Below, in pieces: positions 1 to 12,561 of a stretch of 64,000 nucleotides of DNA (positions are counted from its first letter, which is position 1; each line of letters opens with the position of its first letter). This DNA is from Desulfomicrobium sp. (GTDB lineage Bacteria; Desulfobacterota; Desulfovibrionia; Desulfovibrionales; Desulfomicrobiaceae). The notes under the pieces were generated by a model. The model did no database searches, was not told the DNA's origin, and was given only the letters and a program-made list of their open reading frames with translations. Where the stretch lies: positions 1,792,001 to 1,856,000 of the forward strand of contig JAXGMI010000001.1 of assembly GCA_040768745.1 (NCBI GenBank), read 5' to 3'. The position numbers and the translations under genes were made by a program.

Positions 1-311
1 CGGAGGTCATGAACGAAAAACTAGCCTCCATTGAAGGATTCACTGCAGACGCCGAATCAAAGCTTGAGAATTACAAGGCCTCCTTGCGGGGCGCGCGGGT
101 AGATGCGCAGGAGATTCGAGTTGCCCTGAAAGCTGAAGGCTCCTCTGCTGAAGCTTCTGTCCTGTCCAAGGCCAGTGCCGAAGCCGCTGAGAAGGTCGCT
201 GCCGCTAGGAAGGAAATTGATGCCCAGAAGCAGGCCGCATTGAAAACCCTGCGTGGTACTGTGGCTGACTATGCCAAGACAGTGGCCAACAAGGTCCTGG
301 CCAGGGAATAG
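1..311 (+). CDS. atpF: F0F1 ATP synthase subunit b' (5'-truncated by window edge)
   Basis: Ala/Lys/Glu-rich coiled-coil ORF directly upstream of a second b subunit and atpH. Confidence 0.8.
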   Translation, partial: EVMNEKLASIEGFTADAESKLENYKASLRGARVDAQEIRVALKAEGSSAEASVLSKASAEAAEKVAAARKEIDAQKQAALKTLRGTVADYAKTVANKVLARE

Positions 312-368
312 TTGGTCCGGAAACGTGTGCGTGAAGGCGTTACTTTTTCATACAAGGAGGGCGGAATT

Positions 369-938
369 TTGAAAAAGTTCAGGACTGTCGGATTGGTGAC
401 GGCAGCATTGGTGCTCTGCGCGGCGGTCGCATTCGCCAGCGGCGGGGAGGGTGGTGGCCACGACAAATGGCTTGATCTCCTCTACCGCTTTATCAATTTC
501 GGCATAGTCGCTTTTCTGATCTACAAGTTCGCGGGCAAGCGTGTGGCGGACATGATGACCGGCCGCACCAAGCAGATCGAGACAGACCTGTCCGATCTCG
601 ATGAACGGAAAGAGGAGGCAGAGAAGCGACTGCTGGAAGTTGAGGCGAGCATTGCCAACCTGGAGACGGAAAAGGCCAGGATTATTGCCGACGCCAAGGC
701 CCAGGGCGAAGCGATGCGTCAGGCTATTCTTGAAAAGGCCGAAGTCCAGGCTGCGCAGATCAAGGCCCAGGCTGAGATTGCGGCTGCACAAGAGACAAAG
801 TTGGCCATAGACGCGATTCGTGAGGAACTGGCCGAAAAGATTATAGTTGCCGCCGAAGATCTTGTGAAAAAGCAGCTCAAAAAGAAGGATCACGAAGATT
901 TGGTTAACGAATATCTTAAGAAGGTGGTGCTCAATTGA
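369..938 (+). CDS. atpF: F0F1 ATP synthase subunit b
   Basis: TM segment RFINFGIVAFLIYKF followed by coiled coil; TTG start after AGGAGG; position in atp operon. Confidence 0.9.
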   Translation: MKKFRTVGLVTAALVLCAAVAFASGGEGGGHDKWLDLLYRFINFGIVAFLIYKFAGKRVADMMTGRTKQIETDLSDLDERKEEAEKRLLEVEASIANLETEKARIIADAKAQGEAMRQAILEKAEVQAAQIKAQAEIAAAQETKLAIDAIREELAEKIIVAAEDLVKKQLKKKDHEDLVNEYLKKVVLN

Positions 939-1486
939 CTGGGAACATCGTAGCAAGACGGTATGCCAAGGCGCTGTTTGCTGTGGCGCAGGCGTCAGAC
1001 AAGGGCGCCATGACACAGTATGGTGAAGACTTGGCGAGGCTGGCTGGAGTCCTGGAGAATGCGCCTGAGCTCACGAAGATCTTCCGCAATCCAATTTTTG
1101 GGGTGGAAGAAAAGAGAGGAGTGATTGTCTCCGTTCTGGACAAGGTTGCCCCGTGCGCCATGGTCCGGAATTTCTGTCTGCTTCTGGCAGACAAAAACAG
1201 ACTGGCTTTTCTCCCCGAGATCAACGCGTCCTACAGCATGCTTTTGGATTCAGCCCAGGGTGTTCTTCGTGGCAAACTGGTGACGGCGGTGAAGCTGTCC
1301 GACGTGGTGCAGAAGAACGTTGTCGACAAACTTCAGAGTGAGTCAGGCCAGAAAGTGATCCTTGATTATGAAGTTGATCAGGACATCATCGGCGGACTCA
1401 TGCTCAAGATCGGGGACAAGGTCCTTGATGCCAGCATTCGGGCTCAACTACAGATTTTGAAAGAAAATATCAAAAGGGGTGAGTAG
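935..1486 (+). CDS. atpH: ATP synthase delta subunit
   Basis: [11 protein letters not shown]-terminus; [20 protein letters not shown]-terminus. Confidence 0.95.
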   Translation: MTGNIVARRYAKALFAVAQASDKGAMTQYGEDLARLAGVLENAPELTKIFRNPIFGVEEKRGVIVSVLDKVAPCAMVRNFCLLLADKNRLAFLPEINASYSMLLDSAQGVLRGKLVTAVKLSDVVQKNVVDKLQSESGQKVILDYEVDQDIIGGLMLKIGDKVLDASIRAQLQILKENIKRGE

Positions 1487-1491
1487 AGGCT

Positions 1492-3000
1492 ATGCAGATC
1501 AAAGCAGAAGAAATTAGCCAGATCATCGAAGGCCAGATCAAGAATTACGAGAAAAAGGTTGAGATGAGCGAAACTGGCGTGGTCCTGTCTGTGGGTGATG
1601 GTATCGCCCGCGTCTATGGCTGCGAAAACGCGATGGCCATGGAGCTTCTTGAATTTCCCGGCAACGTCATGGGAATGGTTCTCAACCTGGAAGAAGATTC
1701 CGTTGGTGTGGCCCTCCTTGGCGAGACCGAGCACATTAAGGAAGGCGACCTGGTCAAGCGTACCGGTCGAATCTTCCAGGTGCCGGTCGGCGATGCAGTC
1801 ATGGGCCGAGTCATTGACCCTCTGGGTAACCCCATCGACGGTCTTGGCCCGATCCAGACAGACCTGTATCGGAACGTGGAGATCAAGGCTCCCGGCATCA
1901 TCGCCCGCAAGTCAGTCCACGAACCCATGTACACAGGCCTGAAGGCCATCGACGCCATGACTCCTATTGGCCGTGGCCAGCGCGAACTGATCATCGGTGA
2001 CCGTCAGGTCGGCAAGACCGCAGTTGGCGTTGATGCCATCCTGGCCCAGAAGAACAGCGACATCCACTGCTTCTACGTCGCCATCGGCCAGAAGCGCTCC
2101 ACTGTTGCCCAGGTCGTTGAGGCCCTGCGCCAGAATGGCGCCCTGGCTTACACCACGGTCATTTCGGCCACGGCCTCAGAGCCAGCGCCCTTGCAATTCA
2201 TCGCTGCCTACTGTGGATGTACCATGGCCGAGTTCTATCGTGACAACGGCAAGCACGCCCTGATCGTCTATGACGATCTGTCCAAGCAGGCCGTGGCCTA
2301 CCGGCAGATGTCCCTGCTGCTGCGCCGTCCTCCGGGACGTGAAGCGTTCCCCGGCGACGTTTTCTATCTCCACTCCCGCCTGCTGGAACGTGCGTGCAAG
2401 GTCAACGACAGCCTGGGTGCCGGCTCCCTGACCGCCCTTCCGGTCATTGAAACGCAGGCTGGCGACGTCTCCGCCTACATCCCGACCAACGTCATCTCCA
2501 TCACTGACGGCCAGGTTTACCTTGAGCCCAACCTGTTCATGGCCGGCATCCGCCCTGCCATCAACGTCGGTCTGTCCGTCTCCCGAGTCGGTGGCGCGGC
2601 CCAGATCAAGGCCATGAAAAGAGTTGCCGGCACGCTTCGTCTGGATCTCGCTCAGTATCGTGAACTGGCCGCCTTCGCCCAGTTCGGCTCCGACCTGGAC
2701 AAGGCCACCAAGACAAAGCTGACCCGCGGAGAGCGCCTGGTGGAACTGCTGAAGCAGCCCCAGTACCAGCCCATGCCCGTCGAAGAGCAGGTTGCCGTGC
2801 TGTACGCGGGCACACGTGGCTACCTTGATGACATCGCTGTGACTGAGGCCATTCGCTTCGGCAACGAGTTGGTTGATTTTATGCGCAACCAGAAGTCTGA
2901 CGTCCTGGCCGAAATCGTGCAGACCAAGGACCTTGGCGCTGAGACCGAAAAGAAACTGGCTGCCGCCCTTGAGGAGTTCAAAGCTGGTTTCAAAGCCTAG
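1492..3000 (+). CDS. atpA: ATP synthase alpha subunit
   Basis: GDRQVGKT P-loop, [24 protein letters not shown]. Confidence 0.99.
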   Translation: MQIKAEEISQIIEGQIKNYEKKVEMSETGVVLSVGDGIARVYGCENAMAMELLEFPGNVMGMVLNLEEDSVGVALLGETEHIKEGDLVKRTGRIFQVPVGDAVMGRVIDPLGNPIDGLGPIQTDLYRNVEIKAPGIIARKSVHEPMYTGLKAIDAMTPIGRGQRELIIGDRQVGKTAVGVDAILAQKNSDIHCFYVAIGQKRSTVAQVVEALRQNGALAYTTVISATASEPAPLQFIAAYCGCTMAEFYRDNGKHALIVYDDLSKQAVAYRQMSLLLRRPPGREAFPGDVFYLHSRLLERACKVNDSLGAGSLTALPVIETQAGDVSAYIPTNVISITDGQVYLEPNLFMAGIRPAINVGLSVSRVGGAAQIKAMKRVAGTLRLDLAQYRELAAFAQFGSDLDKATKTKLTRGERLVELLKQPQYQPMPVEEQVAVLYAGTRGYLDDIAVTEAIRFGNELVDFMRNQKSDVLAEIVQTKDLGAETEKKLAAALEEFKAGFKA

Positions 3001-3020
3001 GATCGTGTAAGGAGTCGTAA

Positions 3021-3893
3021 ATGGCATCACTGAGGGACATTAAAAACAAAATCGTCGGTGTAAAAAAGACCAAGCAGATTACGAAGGCGATGAACATGGT
3101 CGCTTCGGCAAAGCTGCGCGGTGCTCAAGGCCGTATCGAGCGCTTTCGTCCCTATGCTGATAAGTTCAATGACATTCTTATCGATTTGGCTTCCCGCGCT
3201 GACGCGAGCGTTCATCCCCTGCTTGAAAAGCGTGAGGTGATCCAGAATGTAGGCATAGTTCTGGTCACTTCAGACAAGGGGCTGTGCGGCAGCTTCAATG
3301 CCAACCTGTGCAGCGCAGCTGACAGGCTGGCAAAGCAGAAGGAAGCAGAAGGCAAGACGGTCAAGTTTATCTGCATCGGTAAAAAAGGCAGAGATTTCAT
3401 TCGTAAAACGAAATTCGAAATCGTTTCGCAATATGCTGAGAACATGACGAACTTCGATTTTCAGCTGGCCAGCGAAACAGGCAATATCGTCATCGATGGC
3501 TATCTCTCCGCGCAATTTGACGAAGTGCATATCGTTTATGGTAAGTTCGTAAACATCGGCAAGCAGGAAGCGACTACGGCACAAATCCTTCCTGCCGAAA
3601 CGGTTGAATCAGGCGCACAGGCAGGCGCATCCAGCGAATACATCTTTGAGCCTTCCGTAGAAGGGCTGCTTGCCGAATTGCTGCCAAGGTATGTGAAGGT
3701 TCAGATGTACAGAGGTCTCCTCGATACTTCGGCCAGCGAACACGCTGCCCGTATGTCGGCCATGGATAACGCGACCAAGAACTGCGACGAAATGGTCGGA
3801 AGCCTGACCCTGGTGTACAACAAGGCGCGGCAGGCCAGTATCACCACCCAATTAATGGATATTGTAGGCGGTGCCGAGGCACTGAAAGGATAA
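3021..3893 (+). CDS. atpG: ATP synthase gamma subunit
   Basis: KQITKAMNMVA, DKGLCGSFN, ARQASITTQL motifs. Confidence 0.98.
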   Translation: MASLRDIKNKIVGVKKTKQITKAMNMVASAKLRGAQGRIERFRPYADKFNDILIDLASRADASVHPLLEKREVIQNVGIVLVTSDKGLCGSFNANLCSAADRLAKQKEAEGKTVKFICIGKKGRDFIRKTKFEIVSQYAENMTNFDFQLASETGNIVIDGYLSAQFDEVHIVYGKFVNIGKQEATTAQILPAETVESGAQAGASSEYIFEPSVEGLLAELLPRYVKVQMYRGLLDTSASEHAARMSAMDNATKNCDEMVGSLTLVYNKARQASITTQLMDIVGGAEALKG

Positions 3894-3903
3894 GGGGGCA
3901 TAA

Positions 3904-5316
<1,413 letters not shown>

Positions 5317-5339
5317 TTCATTCCTCCTGGGGTATCGAT

Positions 5340-5768
5340 ATGGCTAAGACATTAACGCTTGAAATAGTGACTCCAGACAAGATGGTGCTCAAGGAAGAAG
5401 TCGACTACGTCGGCGCTCCCGGCATCAACGGCGAGTTTGGTGTCCTGCCCAATCATATCCCGTTTCTCTCTGCGCTTGGCATCGGGAGCCTGTTCTACAA
5501 GCTGAATGGCAAGAAGTACTATGTGTTTGTTGCCGGAGGCTTTGCCGAGGTTTCCCCTGCAAAGGTGACAGTTCTTGCTGAAGTGGCAGAACGAGCTGAA
5601 GACATTGATCTGGAGCGGGCTCGCAGGGCTCAGGAAAGGGCTGAGCAGCGCGCCAGACAGCAACAGGAGAAACTGGATTACGCAGCAGCACAGGCAGCGT
5701 TGGCACGTGCGCTTCATCGTATGAAATGCCGTGCAAATGCTGTGAGCGAAGGCACCTGCCGCATGTAA
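5340..5768 (+). CDS. atpC: ATP synthase epsilon subunit
   Basis: [24 protein letters not shown]. Confidence 0.97.
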   Translation: MAKTLTLEIVTPDKMVLKEEVDYVGAPGINGEFGVLPNHIPFLSALGIGSLFYKLNGKKYYVFVAGGFAEVSPAKVTVLAEVAERAEDIDLERARRAQERAEQRARQQQEKLDYAAAQAALARALHRMKCRANAVSEGTCRM

Positions 5769-5789
5769 TGAACCTGATGGTCGAATCAG

Positions 5790-5819
5790 AAAGCAGGCTC
5801 TTCGGAGCCTGCTTTTTTT
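5790..5819 (+). terminator. Rho-independent terminator of atp operon
   Basis: AAAGCAGGCTC-TTCG-GAGCCTGCTTT stem-loop followed by a T run. Confidence 0.9.
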
Positions 5820-5928
5820 ATTCTATTTTCTAGAAGTACAAGAATGTATTTTACCGCATTAATCATATTCACAGGATGTGGTTTTTTGTGAGATGGCGCC
5901 AGAATAGAATGCAACTAGCAGGTGAAGT

Positions 5929-7317
5929 ATGAATTTAGATTTAGGCTATCTGATTTTGGCTGCTGGAAAAGGGACACGGATGCATTCCGATTTACCAAAA
6001 GTACTGCAGCATGTTATGCATAAGCCAATGTTGGGATATGTTTTTGATTCACTAAATGCTTCAGGCATGCACGCACGATGGACAGTTGTTGGATTCGGTG
6101 CTGATGCAGTACGTAGCGCATTTCCAGATGAAACAAATTTTGTCCTCCAGGAAGAGCAATTGGGGACAGGTCATGCTGTGGTTAAGGCGTGGCAAAATGT
6201 CGTCGAATCAGGAGTACGCTATGTTTGCGTGCTGAACGGGGATACACCGCATGTGCCCGTCGACGACATAGTGGAAATGGCCTGTCAGTGCAGAATGGCT
6301 GGGGCTGCCATGGGCTTTTTGACCCTGCAGTTGGAGAATCCTTTTGGATACGGCAGGGTGGTCCGCTCGGAAAATGGTTTGGTACGCAATGTGGTGGAGG
6401 AGAAAGATTTCCATCCCAACGACTTCGGAGGTCAGATTCACGAAGTCAACTCAGGGGTCTATGTTCTTGCAGTGGAGGCCTGCTCCGCCTTGCTGCCGAA
6501 GATCGATCGCAACAACGCGCAGAACGAGTTTTATTTGACCCAGCTGATCAGCCTGTGCGCAGCCGAAGGTTTACCGGTTGTCGCGCGTCCTTACACGGGA
6601 CGCGGGCGTCTTCTGGGCATCAATTCCCCACGTGAACTGGTGGAATTCGAAGAGTCCCTGCGCGGGCGGATTGTGAACGAACTCCTGGATTCGGGAGTGA
6701 TTATCCGGAAACCAGGTGCTGTCATAGTCGGACCAGATGTGATTATCGAGCCGGGAGTCGATATCACAGGTCCCTGCGAGATTTATGGAAAAACCCATGT
6801 GCAGCGCGGAGCTCAGATCGCATCGCACTGCTGGATCAAAGACTCGTTTCTCGGCCCTTGCCAAGTGAAATCATTTTCTCATATTGAAGCATCACGCATT
6901 GGCGCCGGAGCGAGCGTGGGACCGTTTGCGCGTTTGCGACCTGGAACTGACATAGGAGAGAGGGCACGCGTCGGGAACTTCGTGGAGGTCAAGAAGTCCA
7001 CATTGCACGCCGGAGCCAAAGCCGGACACCTTTCCTATCTGGGTGACAGTGAAATTGGCCGGGATGTCAATATCGGAGCGGGAACGATCACCTGCAATTA
7101 TGACGGGTCGCGCAAACACCGCACAGAAATTCAGGAAAATGCCTTTATCGGCAGTAATACCGCCTTGGTTGCACCTGTGGTCGTGGGCGCTGGAGCCTTG
7201 GTCGGCGCTGGATCGGTTGTGACAAAGAACGTTCCAGCAGGAGCTCTCTGTGTTGCCAGGGCCAGACAGTTGAATCTGGAACGGAAATCATCCAATCAGT
7301 CACATTCGGGAGAATAG
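5929..7317 (+). CDS. glmU: Bifunctional UDP-GlcNAc pyrophosphorylase / glucosamine-1-P acetyltransferase
   Basis: ILAAGKGTRM, QLGTGHAV, hexapeptide repeats, GAGTITCNYDG. Confidence 0.97.
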   Translation: MNLDLGYLILAAGKGTRMHSDLPKVLQHVMHKPMLGYVFDSLNASGMHARWTVVGFGADAVRSAFPDETNFVLQEEQLGTGHAVVKAWQNVVESGVRYVCVLNGDTPHVPVDDIVEMACQCRMAGAAMGFLTLQLENPFGYGRVVRSENGLVRNVVEEKDFHPNDFGGQIHEVNSGVYVLAVEACSALLPKIDRNNAQNEFYLTQLISLCAAEGLPVVARPYTGRGRLLGINSPRELVEFEESLRGRIVNELLDSGVIIRKPGAVIVGPDVIIEPGVDITGPCEIYGKTHVQRGAQIASHCWIKDSFLGPCQVKSFSHIEASRIGAGASVGPFARLRPGTDIGERARVGNFVEVKKSTLHAGAKAGHLSYLGDSEIGRDVNIGAGTITCNYDGSRKHRTEIQENAFIGSNTALVAPVVVGAGALVGAGSVVTKNVPAGALCVARARQLNLERKSSNQSHSGE

Positions 7318-7319
7318 CC

Positions 7320-7499
7320 ATGGACATACTGACGCAGTTGACAGACAAAATAACGCTTCTTCTGGAACGCCAGGATCATCTGAAAAAAGAAAATTTACAA
7401 CTAAAAGAAGCTCTTGAACAGGAGCGACAGACCAAAGAGGCCGTTCTTGCCCGGGTTGAAAACATCTTGAATCAGATTCAAGAGGTTGATATAAACTAA
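7320..7499 (+). CDS. zapB: ZapB-like coiled-coil cell division protein (59 aa, below ORF-track cutoff)
   Basis: MDILTQLTDKITLLLERQDHLKKENLQLKEALEQERQTKEAVLARVENILNQIQEVDIN, read by hand; immediately upstream of zapA. Confidence 0.75.
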   Translation: MDILTQLTDKITLLLERQDHLKKENLQLKEALEQERQTKEAVLARVENILNQIQEVDIN

Positions 7500-7502
7500 A
7501 TA

Positions 7503-7769
7503 ATGCCAGGATATAATTTGACAGTGCTCGGCCTCGATCTTTCCTTCGCGGCCGATGTGCCACCTGAACGGATACAAAAAGCGGTGGATTACGTACACCA
7601 ACGCTACCGCGACCTTCAGGGGCGGAGTGGTCAATTAAGCAAGGAGCGGCTTTTGACGTATCTGGCATTGAGTCTGGCCGACGATTATTTGCATGATCAA
7701 GGGAAGTTGATGCAATTGGAAACGACATTGCAACAACTTCTTTCAAAGATAGATAGTCCTGAAAAGTAG
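7503..7769 (+). CDS. zapA: Cell division protein ZapA
   Basis: 88 aa; beta-strand N-terminus, ALSLADD motif, C-terminal coil; zapA-6S-rny synteny. Confidence 0.85.
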   Translation: MPGYNLTVLGLDLSFAADVPPERIQKAVDYVHQRYRDLQGRSGQLSKERLLTYLALSLADDYLHDQGKLMQLETTLQQLLSKIDSPEK

Positions 7770-7775
7770 GTTTAC

Positions 7776-7952
7776 GAACCCTGGGAGGTCAGTGATTGGA
7801 GATGCGTTTTTGAGCCAATAAAGCGCAAAAAGGGTAGCTTTCAACCGTCTTGTGTGCAAGCTCTGGATAGCCGGAGAAGCCTAATGGACTGTAGCCAACC
7901 CCCTCTTAACTTAAGAGGTTCAAAATAAATCCCAACACTACCTTCCGGGGCT
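7776..7952 (+). ncRNA. ssrS: 6S RNA (ends approximate)
   Basis: About 180-nt intergenic segment whose ends pair (CCCTGGGAGGT-CAGTG-ATTGG with CCAA-CACT-ACCTTCCGGGG); canonical position between zapA and rny. Confidence 0.8.
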
Positions 7953-8110
7953 TTTCGCAGTCTGTCCTATCCAGAAGCCAGGCCTGACATCCCTCCTTGC
8001 ACTCCAATGTAATTCATTACGCTGGTGTTTTCTTGTTCCGCTTTCAGGAAGGGGAACGCCGAATTATGGCTGTCGCGTAGCCTTTTACCATATTGTGCCA
8101 AGGAGATTTC

Positions 8111-9670
8111 ATGGCAAGCCAAATCATCATTACTGCTTTTTTGTGCATTGGAATCGGAGCTGTGGCAGGTTTCCTGTTCAAAAAATACATCACGGACAGA
8201 GAAATCGAGGAAGCCAACAAGTTGTCTGAGCGTATTCTCGATGAAGCCAAAAAAGATGCCTTAGCGCATAAAAAGGAAATGTTGCTTCAGGCCCAGGACG
8301 AAGTTTTCGCTCTCAAGAAAGAAATGGAACAGGATGCCAAGGACCGAGAACGGGAGTTGAAGAAGAACGAGGCGAGGCTGCAGGCCAAGGAAGAACGCCT
8401 GGAAAAGAAGGTTGAGGACCTGGCCCTCAAGGAAAGCGAGCTGGTCAACCTGGAGAAGAAGGTTGTCAAGCAGGAACGGGCAGTGGAAGAAAACGAGCTG
8501 AAGCTGCAGGAGATGATCGAGGAGCAACGGATCAGGCTGGAGGAAATCTCAGGTTTGACGGCTGAGGAGGCCAGGTCCAAACTGATGCAGGAAATCGAGA
8601 GCAAGGCCAGACATGAGGCCGCCAAAATGATTCGCGTCATCGAGGTCGAGGCCCAGGAGTCCGCCCACCGGAAGGCCCAAATGATCATCGCCAGCGCGGT
8701 GCAGCGCTATGCGGGCGACTACGTATCGGAACATACGGTCAGTGCGGTGGAACTTCCGAGCGAGGACATGAAGGGCCGCATCATCGGGCGGGAAGGCCGC
8801 AATATCCGGGCCATTGAGGCCGCCACAGGCGTTGACCTCATCATTGATGACACGCCCGAGACGGTCATCCTGTCCGCTTACAACCCTCTGCGCCGAGAAG
8901 TGGCCAAGCGTTCCCTGGAGCGTCTCATCAGCGACGGCCGCATCCATCCAGCCCGGATCGAGGATATTGTGAAGAAGGTGGAAAAAGAGATGGATGTCCA
9001 GATCCGGGAAATCGGGGAACAAGCCACCTTTGATCTTGGCGTCCATGGCATCCATCCTGAAATCATCCGGCTTTTGGGGCAGCTTCGTTTCCGGACCAGC
9101 TTCACCCAGAATGTGCTGCAGCATTCCCTGGAAGTGGCGTTCCTGTGCGGGATCATGGCGGCGGAACTGGGCCTGGATGTCAAGAAGGCCAAGCGTGCCG
9201 GCTTGCTGCATGACCTGGGCAAGGCCGTGGACCACGAGGTAGAGGGCCCGCACGCCATCATCGGCGCTGACCTCGCAAAGAAATATAATGAATCCAGTGA
9301 AATAGTGCATGCCATTGCCGCGCACCACGAGGATGTCCCACCCAAATCCGTCTATGCCGTGCTGGTCCAGGCAGCGGACAGCTTGTCCGGGGCCCGGCCT
9401 GGGGCGCGCAAGGAACTTCTGGAAAGTTACGTGAAACGCCTGGAGGAGTTGGAAGGCATTGCCACAGGATTTTCCGGAGTCAGCCGGGCCTTTGCCATCC
9501 AGGCCGGCCGTGAAGTGCGGGTCATGGTGGATTGCGACGCGGTCAACGACGATCAAATCTATATGCTGAGCAAGGACATCGCCAAACAGATCGAGGAGAA
9601 GATGACCTATCCGGGACAGATCCGGGTCACGGTCATCCGCGAAAAACGGGCAGTTGGCATTGCCAAGTAA
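8111..9670 (+). CDS. rny: Ribonuclease Y
   Basis: N-terminal TM, coiled coil, KH domain (KGRIIGREGRNI), HD domain (LLHDLGKA); ATG after AGGAG. Confidence 0.97.
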   Translation: MASQIIITAFLCIGIGAVAGFLFKKYITDREIEEANKLSERILDEAKKDALAHKKEMLLQAQDEVFALKKEMEQDAKDRERELKKNEARLQAKEERLEKKVEDLALKESELVNLEKKVVKQERAVEENELKLQEMIEEQRIRLEEISGLTAEEARSKLMQEIESKARHEAAKMIRVIEVEAQESAHRKAQMIIASAVQRYAGDYVSEHTVSAVELPSEDMKGRIIGREGRNIRAIEAATGVDLIIDDTPETVILSAYNPLRREVAKRSLERLISDGRIHPARIEDIVKKVEKEMDVQIREIGEQATFDLGVHGIHPEIIRLLGQLRFRTSFTQNVLQHSLEVAFLCGIMAAELGLDVKKAKRAGLLHDLGKAVDHEVEGPHAIIGADLAKKYNESSEIVHAIAAHHEDVPPKSVYAVLVQAADSLSGARPGARKELLESYVKRLEELEGIATGFSGVSRAFAIQAGREVRVMVDCDAVNDDQIYMLSKDIAKQIEEKMTYPGQIRVTVIREKRAVGIAK

Positions 9671-9678
9671 CGCGTTCC

Positions 9679-10470
9679 ATGCGGCTTCTTTTCCTCGGTG
9701 ACATTGTTGGCCAGGGCGGACGGCAGATGGTCAGGGATCATCTGCCGCGTCTGCGTCAGGAACTCGCCCTGGATGCGGTCCTGGCCAATGTGGAAAACGC
9801 ATCGGGAGGGCTCGGGGTCTCGGCCAAGAATGCCGCAGAACTCCATTTGGCTGGCGTTGACATTATGACCTCGGGCAACCATGTCTGGAAATTTGCGGAT
9901 ATTCGGCCGGTGCTCGACGCTGAGCCATGGCTGCTTCGACCGGCCAACTATCCGGCGCCTGCCCCTGGCCGCGGAGCAGGGTTGTTCGATTTCGGCGGCG
10001 GGAGGGTCCTGATGGTCATCAACCTGCAAGGCCGGACCTTCATGGACCCCATCGACTGTCCTTTTGCGGTTGCCGAACGTCTCGTCAGGGAAGCGCCGGA
10101 CCATGCCAATATCGTTGTGGATTTTCATGCCGAGGCAACCTCCGAGAAGCGCGCTCTGGCACACATGCTGCGAGAAAAGGTGCAGGCCGTGGTGGGAACT
10201 CACACGCATGTGCAGACCAATGACGCCTGTATCCTGGACAGGAGGACAGGCTTCATGACCGACCTGGGCATGTGCGGCCCGGTGGACTCCTGCCTGGGCA
10301 TGGACAGTGAGATCATTGTCCGCAAGTTCAGGACCGGGCAGCCTCAGCGGTTCGAGCTTGCCAAGGGCCCATGCGCGTTGAATGGCGCATTGATAGAATT
10401 GGAAGAGGGAAGATGCCGAAGCATCTCGGCATGGACGTATGCAGTCTCAAATGAACAGGAAGGGTCATGA
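9679..10470 (+). CDS. ymdB: YmdB-like metallophosphoesterase
   Basis: [32 protein letters not shown]; follows rny. Confidence 0.9.
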   Translation: MRLLFLGDIVGQGGRQMVRDHLPRLRQELALDAVLANVENASGGLGVSAKNAAELHLAGVDIMTSGNHVWKFADIRPVLDAEPWLLRPANYPAPAPGRGAGLFDFGGGRVLMVINLQGRTFMDPIDCPFAVAERLVREAPDHANIVVDFHAEATSEKRALAHMLREKVQAVVGTHTHVQTNDACILDRRTGFMTDLGMCGPVDSCLGMDSEIIVRKFRTGQPQRFELAKGPCALNGALIELEEGRCRSISAWTYAVSNEQEGS

Positions 10471-11663
10471 CAGATACAGAGTTGTCTCGTCAGCTTGCGC
10501 AGATCCGGCGGGGGAGTGTCGAAATCATCAATGAAGAGGAGCTCATTGCCAAGCTGCGCAAGGGAGTGCCACTTCGGGTCAAGGCCGGGTTTGATCCGAC
10601 TGCCCCGGATTTGCACCTGGGGCACACCGTGCTCATCCAGAAGCTCAAGCATTTCCAGGAGCTCGGGCACCAGGTCATTTTTCTCATCGGAGATTTTACC
10701 GGGATGATCGGCGATCCGTCCGGGAAATCAGAAACCCGCAAAAAACTGACCCGCGAAGAAGTGCTGCGCAACGCCGAAACCTACAAGCGGCAGATATTCA
10801 AGATCCTGGACCCAGTCAGGACTGAAATCGCATTCAATTCCAGGTGGATGGATTCTTTCAAGGCTTCGGATTTCATTGAATTGTGCTCATGCTATACGGT
10901 GGCCCGCATGCTTGAGCGGGATGACTTCGAGAAGCGCTTTAAAGGCAACCAGCCCATTTCCATCCATGAATTTCTCTACCCCCTGGTGCAGGGTTACGAT
11001 TCAGTGGCCCTGAAGGCGGATGTGGAGCTTGGCGGAACAGACCAGAAATTCAATCTGCTCATGGGCCGTCATCTGCAACGTGAGCATGGCCAGGCGTCGC
11101 AGATAGTGCTGACCGTGCCCATTCTTGAAGGACTGGACGGGGTGCAGAAGATGAGCAAATCCCTGGGCAACTACATCGGCATCGACGAAGTCCCGGCAGA
11201 CATGTTTGGCAAGCTCATGTCCATTTCCGACGAGCTCATGTGGCGCTACTATGAACTGCTCTCCGACAGGACCCTGGAACAGATCCGCGTCCTGCAGGAG
11301 CAGGTCGGTTGCGGGGACCTGCATCCGAAAACGGCCAAGGAGGATCTGGCCCAGGAGATAACGTCCCGTTTCCATGGGCAGGCCGCAGGGCAGGCCGCGC
11401 GGGGAGGCTTCAATGCTGTTTTCGCCCAGCAAGGGGTGCCCGAGGACGTACAGGTATTCAACGCCCCGGCCGGGACTCTGCTTGTCGACGTGCTGAGCGA
11501 AAGCTGCCTCTGCCCTTCCAAGGGCGATGCCAAGCGCATGTGCAAGCAGCAGGCCGTGACCATCGATGGCCGCAAGGAGGAGGATTTCTCCTTCGCCTTC
11601 GTCCCGGGCGAATACGTTCTGAAAATCGGCAAAAAGCGCTTCCTGCGCGTCGTGGTATCCTAG
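10467..11663 (+). CDS. tyrS: Tyrosine--tRNA ligase
   Basis: [13 protein letters not shown] (HIGH), KMSKS, C-terminal S4-like domain. Confidence 0.97.
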   Translation: MTDTELSRQLAQIRRGSVEIINEEELIAKLRKGVPLRVKAGFDPTAPDLHLGHTVLIQKLKHFQELGHQVIFLIGDFTGMIGDPSGKSETRKKLTREEVLRNAETYKRQIFKILDPVRTEIAFNSRWMDSFKASDFIELCSCYTVARMLERDDFEKRFKGNQPISIHEFLYPLVQGYDSVALKADVELGGTDQKFNLLMGRHLQREHGQASQIVLTVPILEGLDGVQKMSKSLGNYIGIDEVPADMFGKLMSISDELMWRYYELLSDRTLEQIRVLQEQVGCGDLHPKTAKEDLAQEITSRFHGQAAGQAARGGFNAVFAQQGVPEDVQVFNAPAGTLLVDVLSESCLCPSKGDAKRMCKQQAVTIDGRKEEDFSFAFVPGEYVLKIGKKRFLRVVVS

Positions 11664-11676
11664 GGCGGGTGGGGTT

Positions 11677-12540
11677 ATGTTTGGGCTTTGGCGAAAAATT
11701 GTTCTACTGGCCCGCATGGTCAAGATCGAGCACTCGGTTTTTGCGTTGCCGTTTGCCTACCTCGGCATGCTCTGGTCCGCGGGAGGCTGGCCTGGCTGGA
11801 GGGTCTTCCTGGCCCTGACTCTGGCCATGGTCGCGGTGCGCTCCTTCGCCATGGCTGTGAATCGGCTGGCCGATCTGTTCATCGACGTCAAAAACCCCCG
11901 CACCCGGACCAGGCCGCTTGTCACCGGGGAACTGTCTCCAGGCGAAACCAGGGTCTTCGTCGCCGTGTGCGCACTGGTCTTTGTCGGGGCGTGCTGGCTG
12001 CTCAATCCACTCTGCCTGGCCCTGTCCCCGGTGGCTCTGGTTTGGTCTGCACTGTACAGCTTCACCAAGCGGTTCACCCCACTATGTCATTTTTTTCTGG
12101 GATCTGTCCTTGGACTTGCGCCCCTGGCCGGGTGGCTGGCCGTTAATCCGTCAATCGCCGTCACGCCTGTGCTCCTGGGAGTGGGGGTGACCTTCTGGGT
12201 GGGTGGGTTCGACATCCTGTACGCCTGTCAGGATGTCGACTTCGATCGGCAGGAAGGTTTGCACTCCCTGCCCGCCTATCTGGGCGTGCCAACGGCCCTG
12301 GCCATCTCGACCTTTGCCCACGTCGTGACCAGTATTTTTTTTGTTCTGGCCGGGTGGACAGGTGGGGCGGGTCTCGTGTTCACGGCATTCTGTATGGGGG
12401 TGGCGGCCATTCTGATTTTTGAGCACCGCTTGATATCTCCACAGGACATGAGCCGAGTCAATCTGGCCTTCTTTACCCTGAACGGATTTGTGGCAGTGTT
12501 GTTGTTTGTGGGCGCCGTTGCCGATACGGCGCTGCGTTAA
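11677..12540 (+). CDS. UbiA-family prenyltransferase (MqnP-like, probable menaquinone pathway)
   Basis: KIEHSVFALPF, NRLAD...NPRT..RP, GFDILYACQDVDFD; multi-TM. Confidence 0.85.
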   Translation: MFGLWRKIVLLARMVKIEHSVFALPFAYLGMLWSAGGWPGWRVFLALTLAMVAVRSFAMAVNRLADLFIDVKNPRTRTRPLVTGELSPGETRVFVAVCALVFVGACWLLNPLCLALSPVALVWSALYSFTKRFTPLCHFFLGSVLGLAPLAGWLAVNPSIAVTPVLLGVGVTFWVGGFDILYACQDVDFDRQEGLHSLPAYLGVPTALAISTFAHVVTSIFFVLAGWTGGAGLVFTAFCMGVAAILIFEHRLISPQDMSRVNLAFFTLNGFVAVLLFVGAVADTALR

Positions 12541-12561
12541 CGTAAACCGAGGAGTTCGGCC

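Noticed and set aside
1..938. Two b-type subunits and no atpB/atpE in view
   Set aside because: A b/b' pair and a split atp operon are ordinary in this lineage, and the window starts mid-operon.
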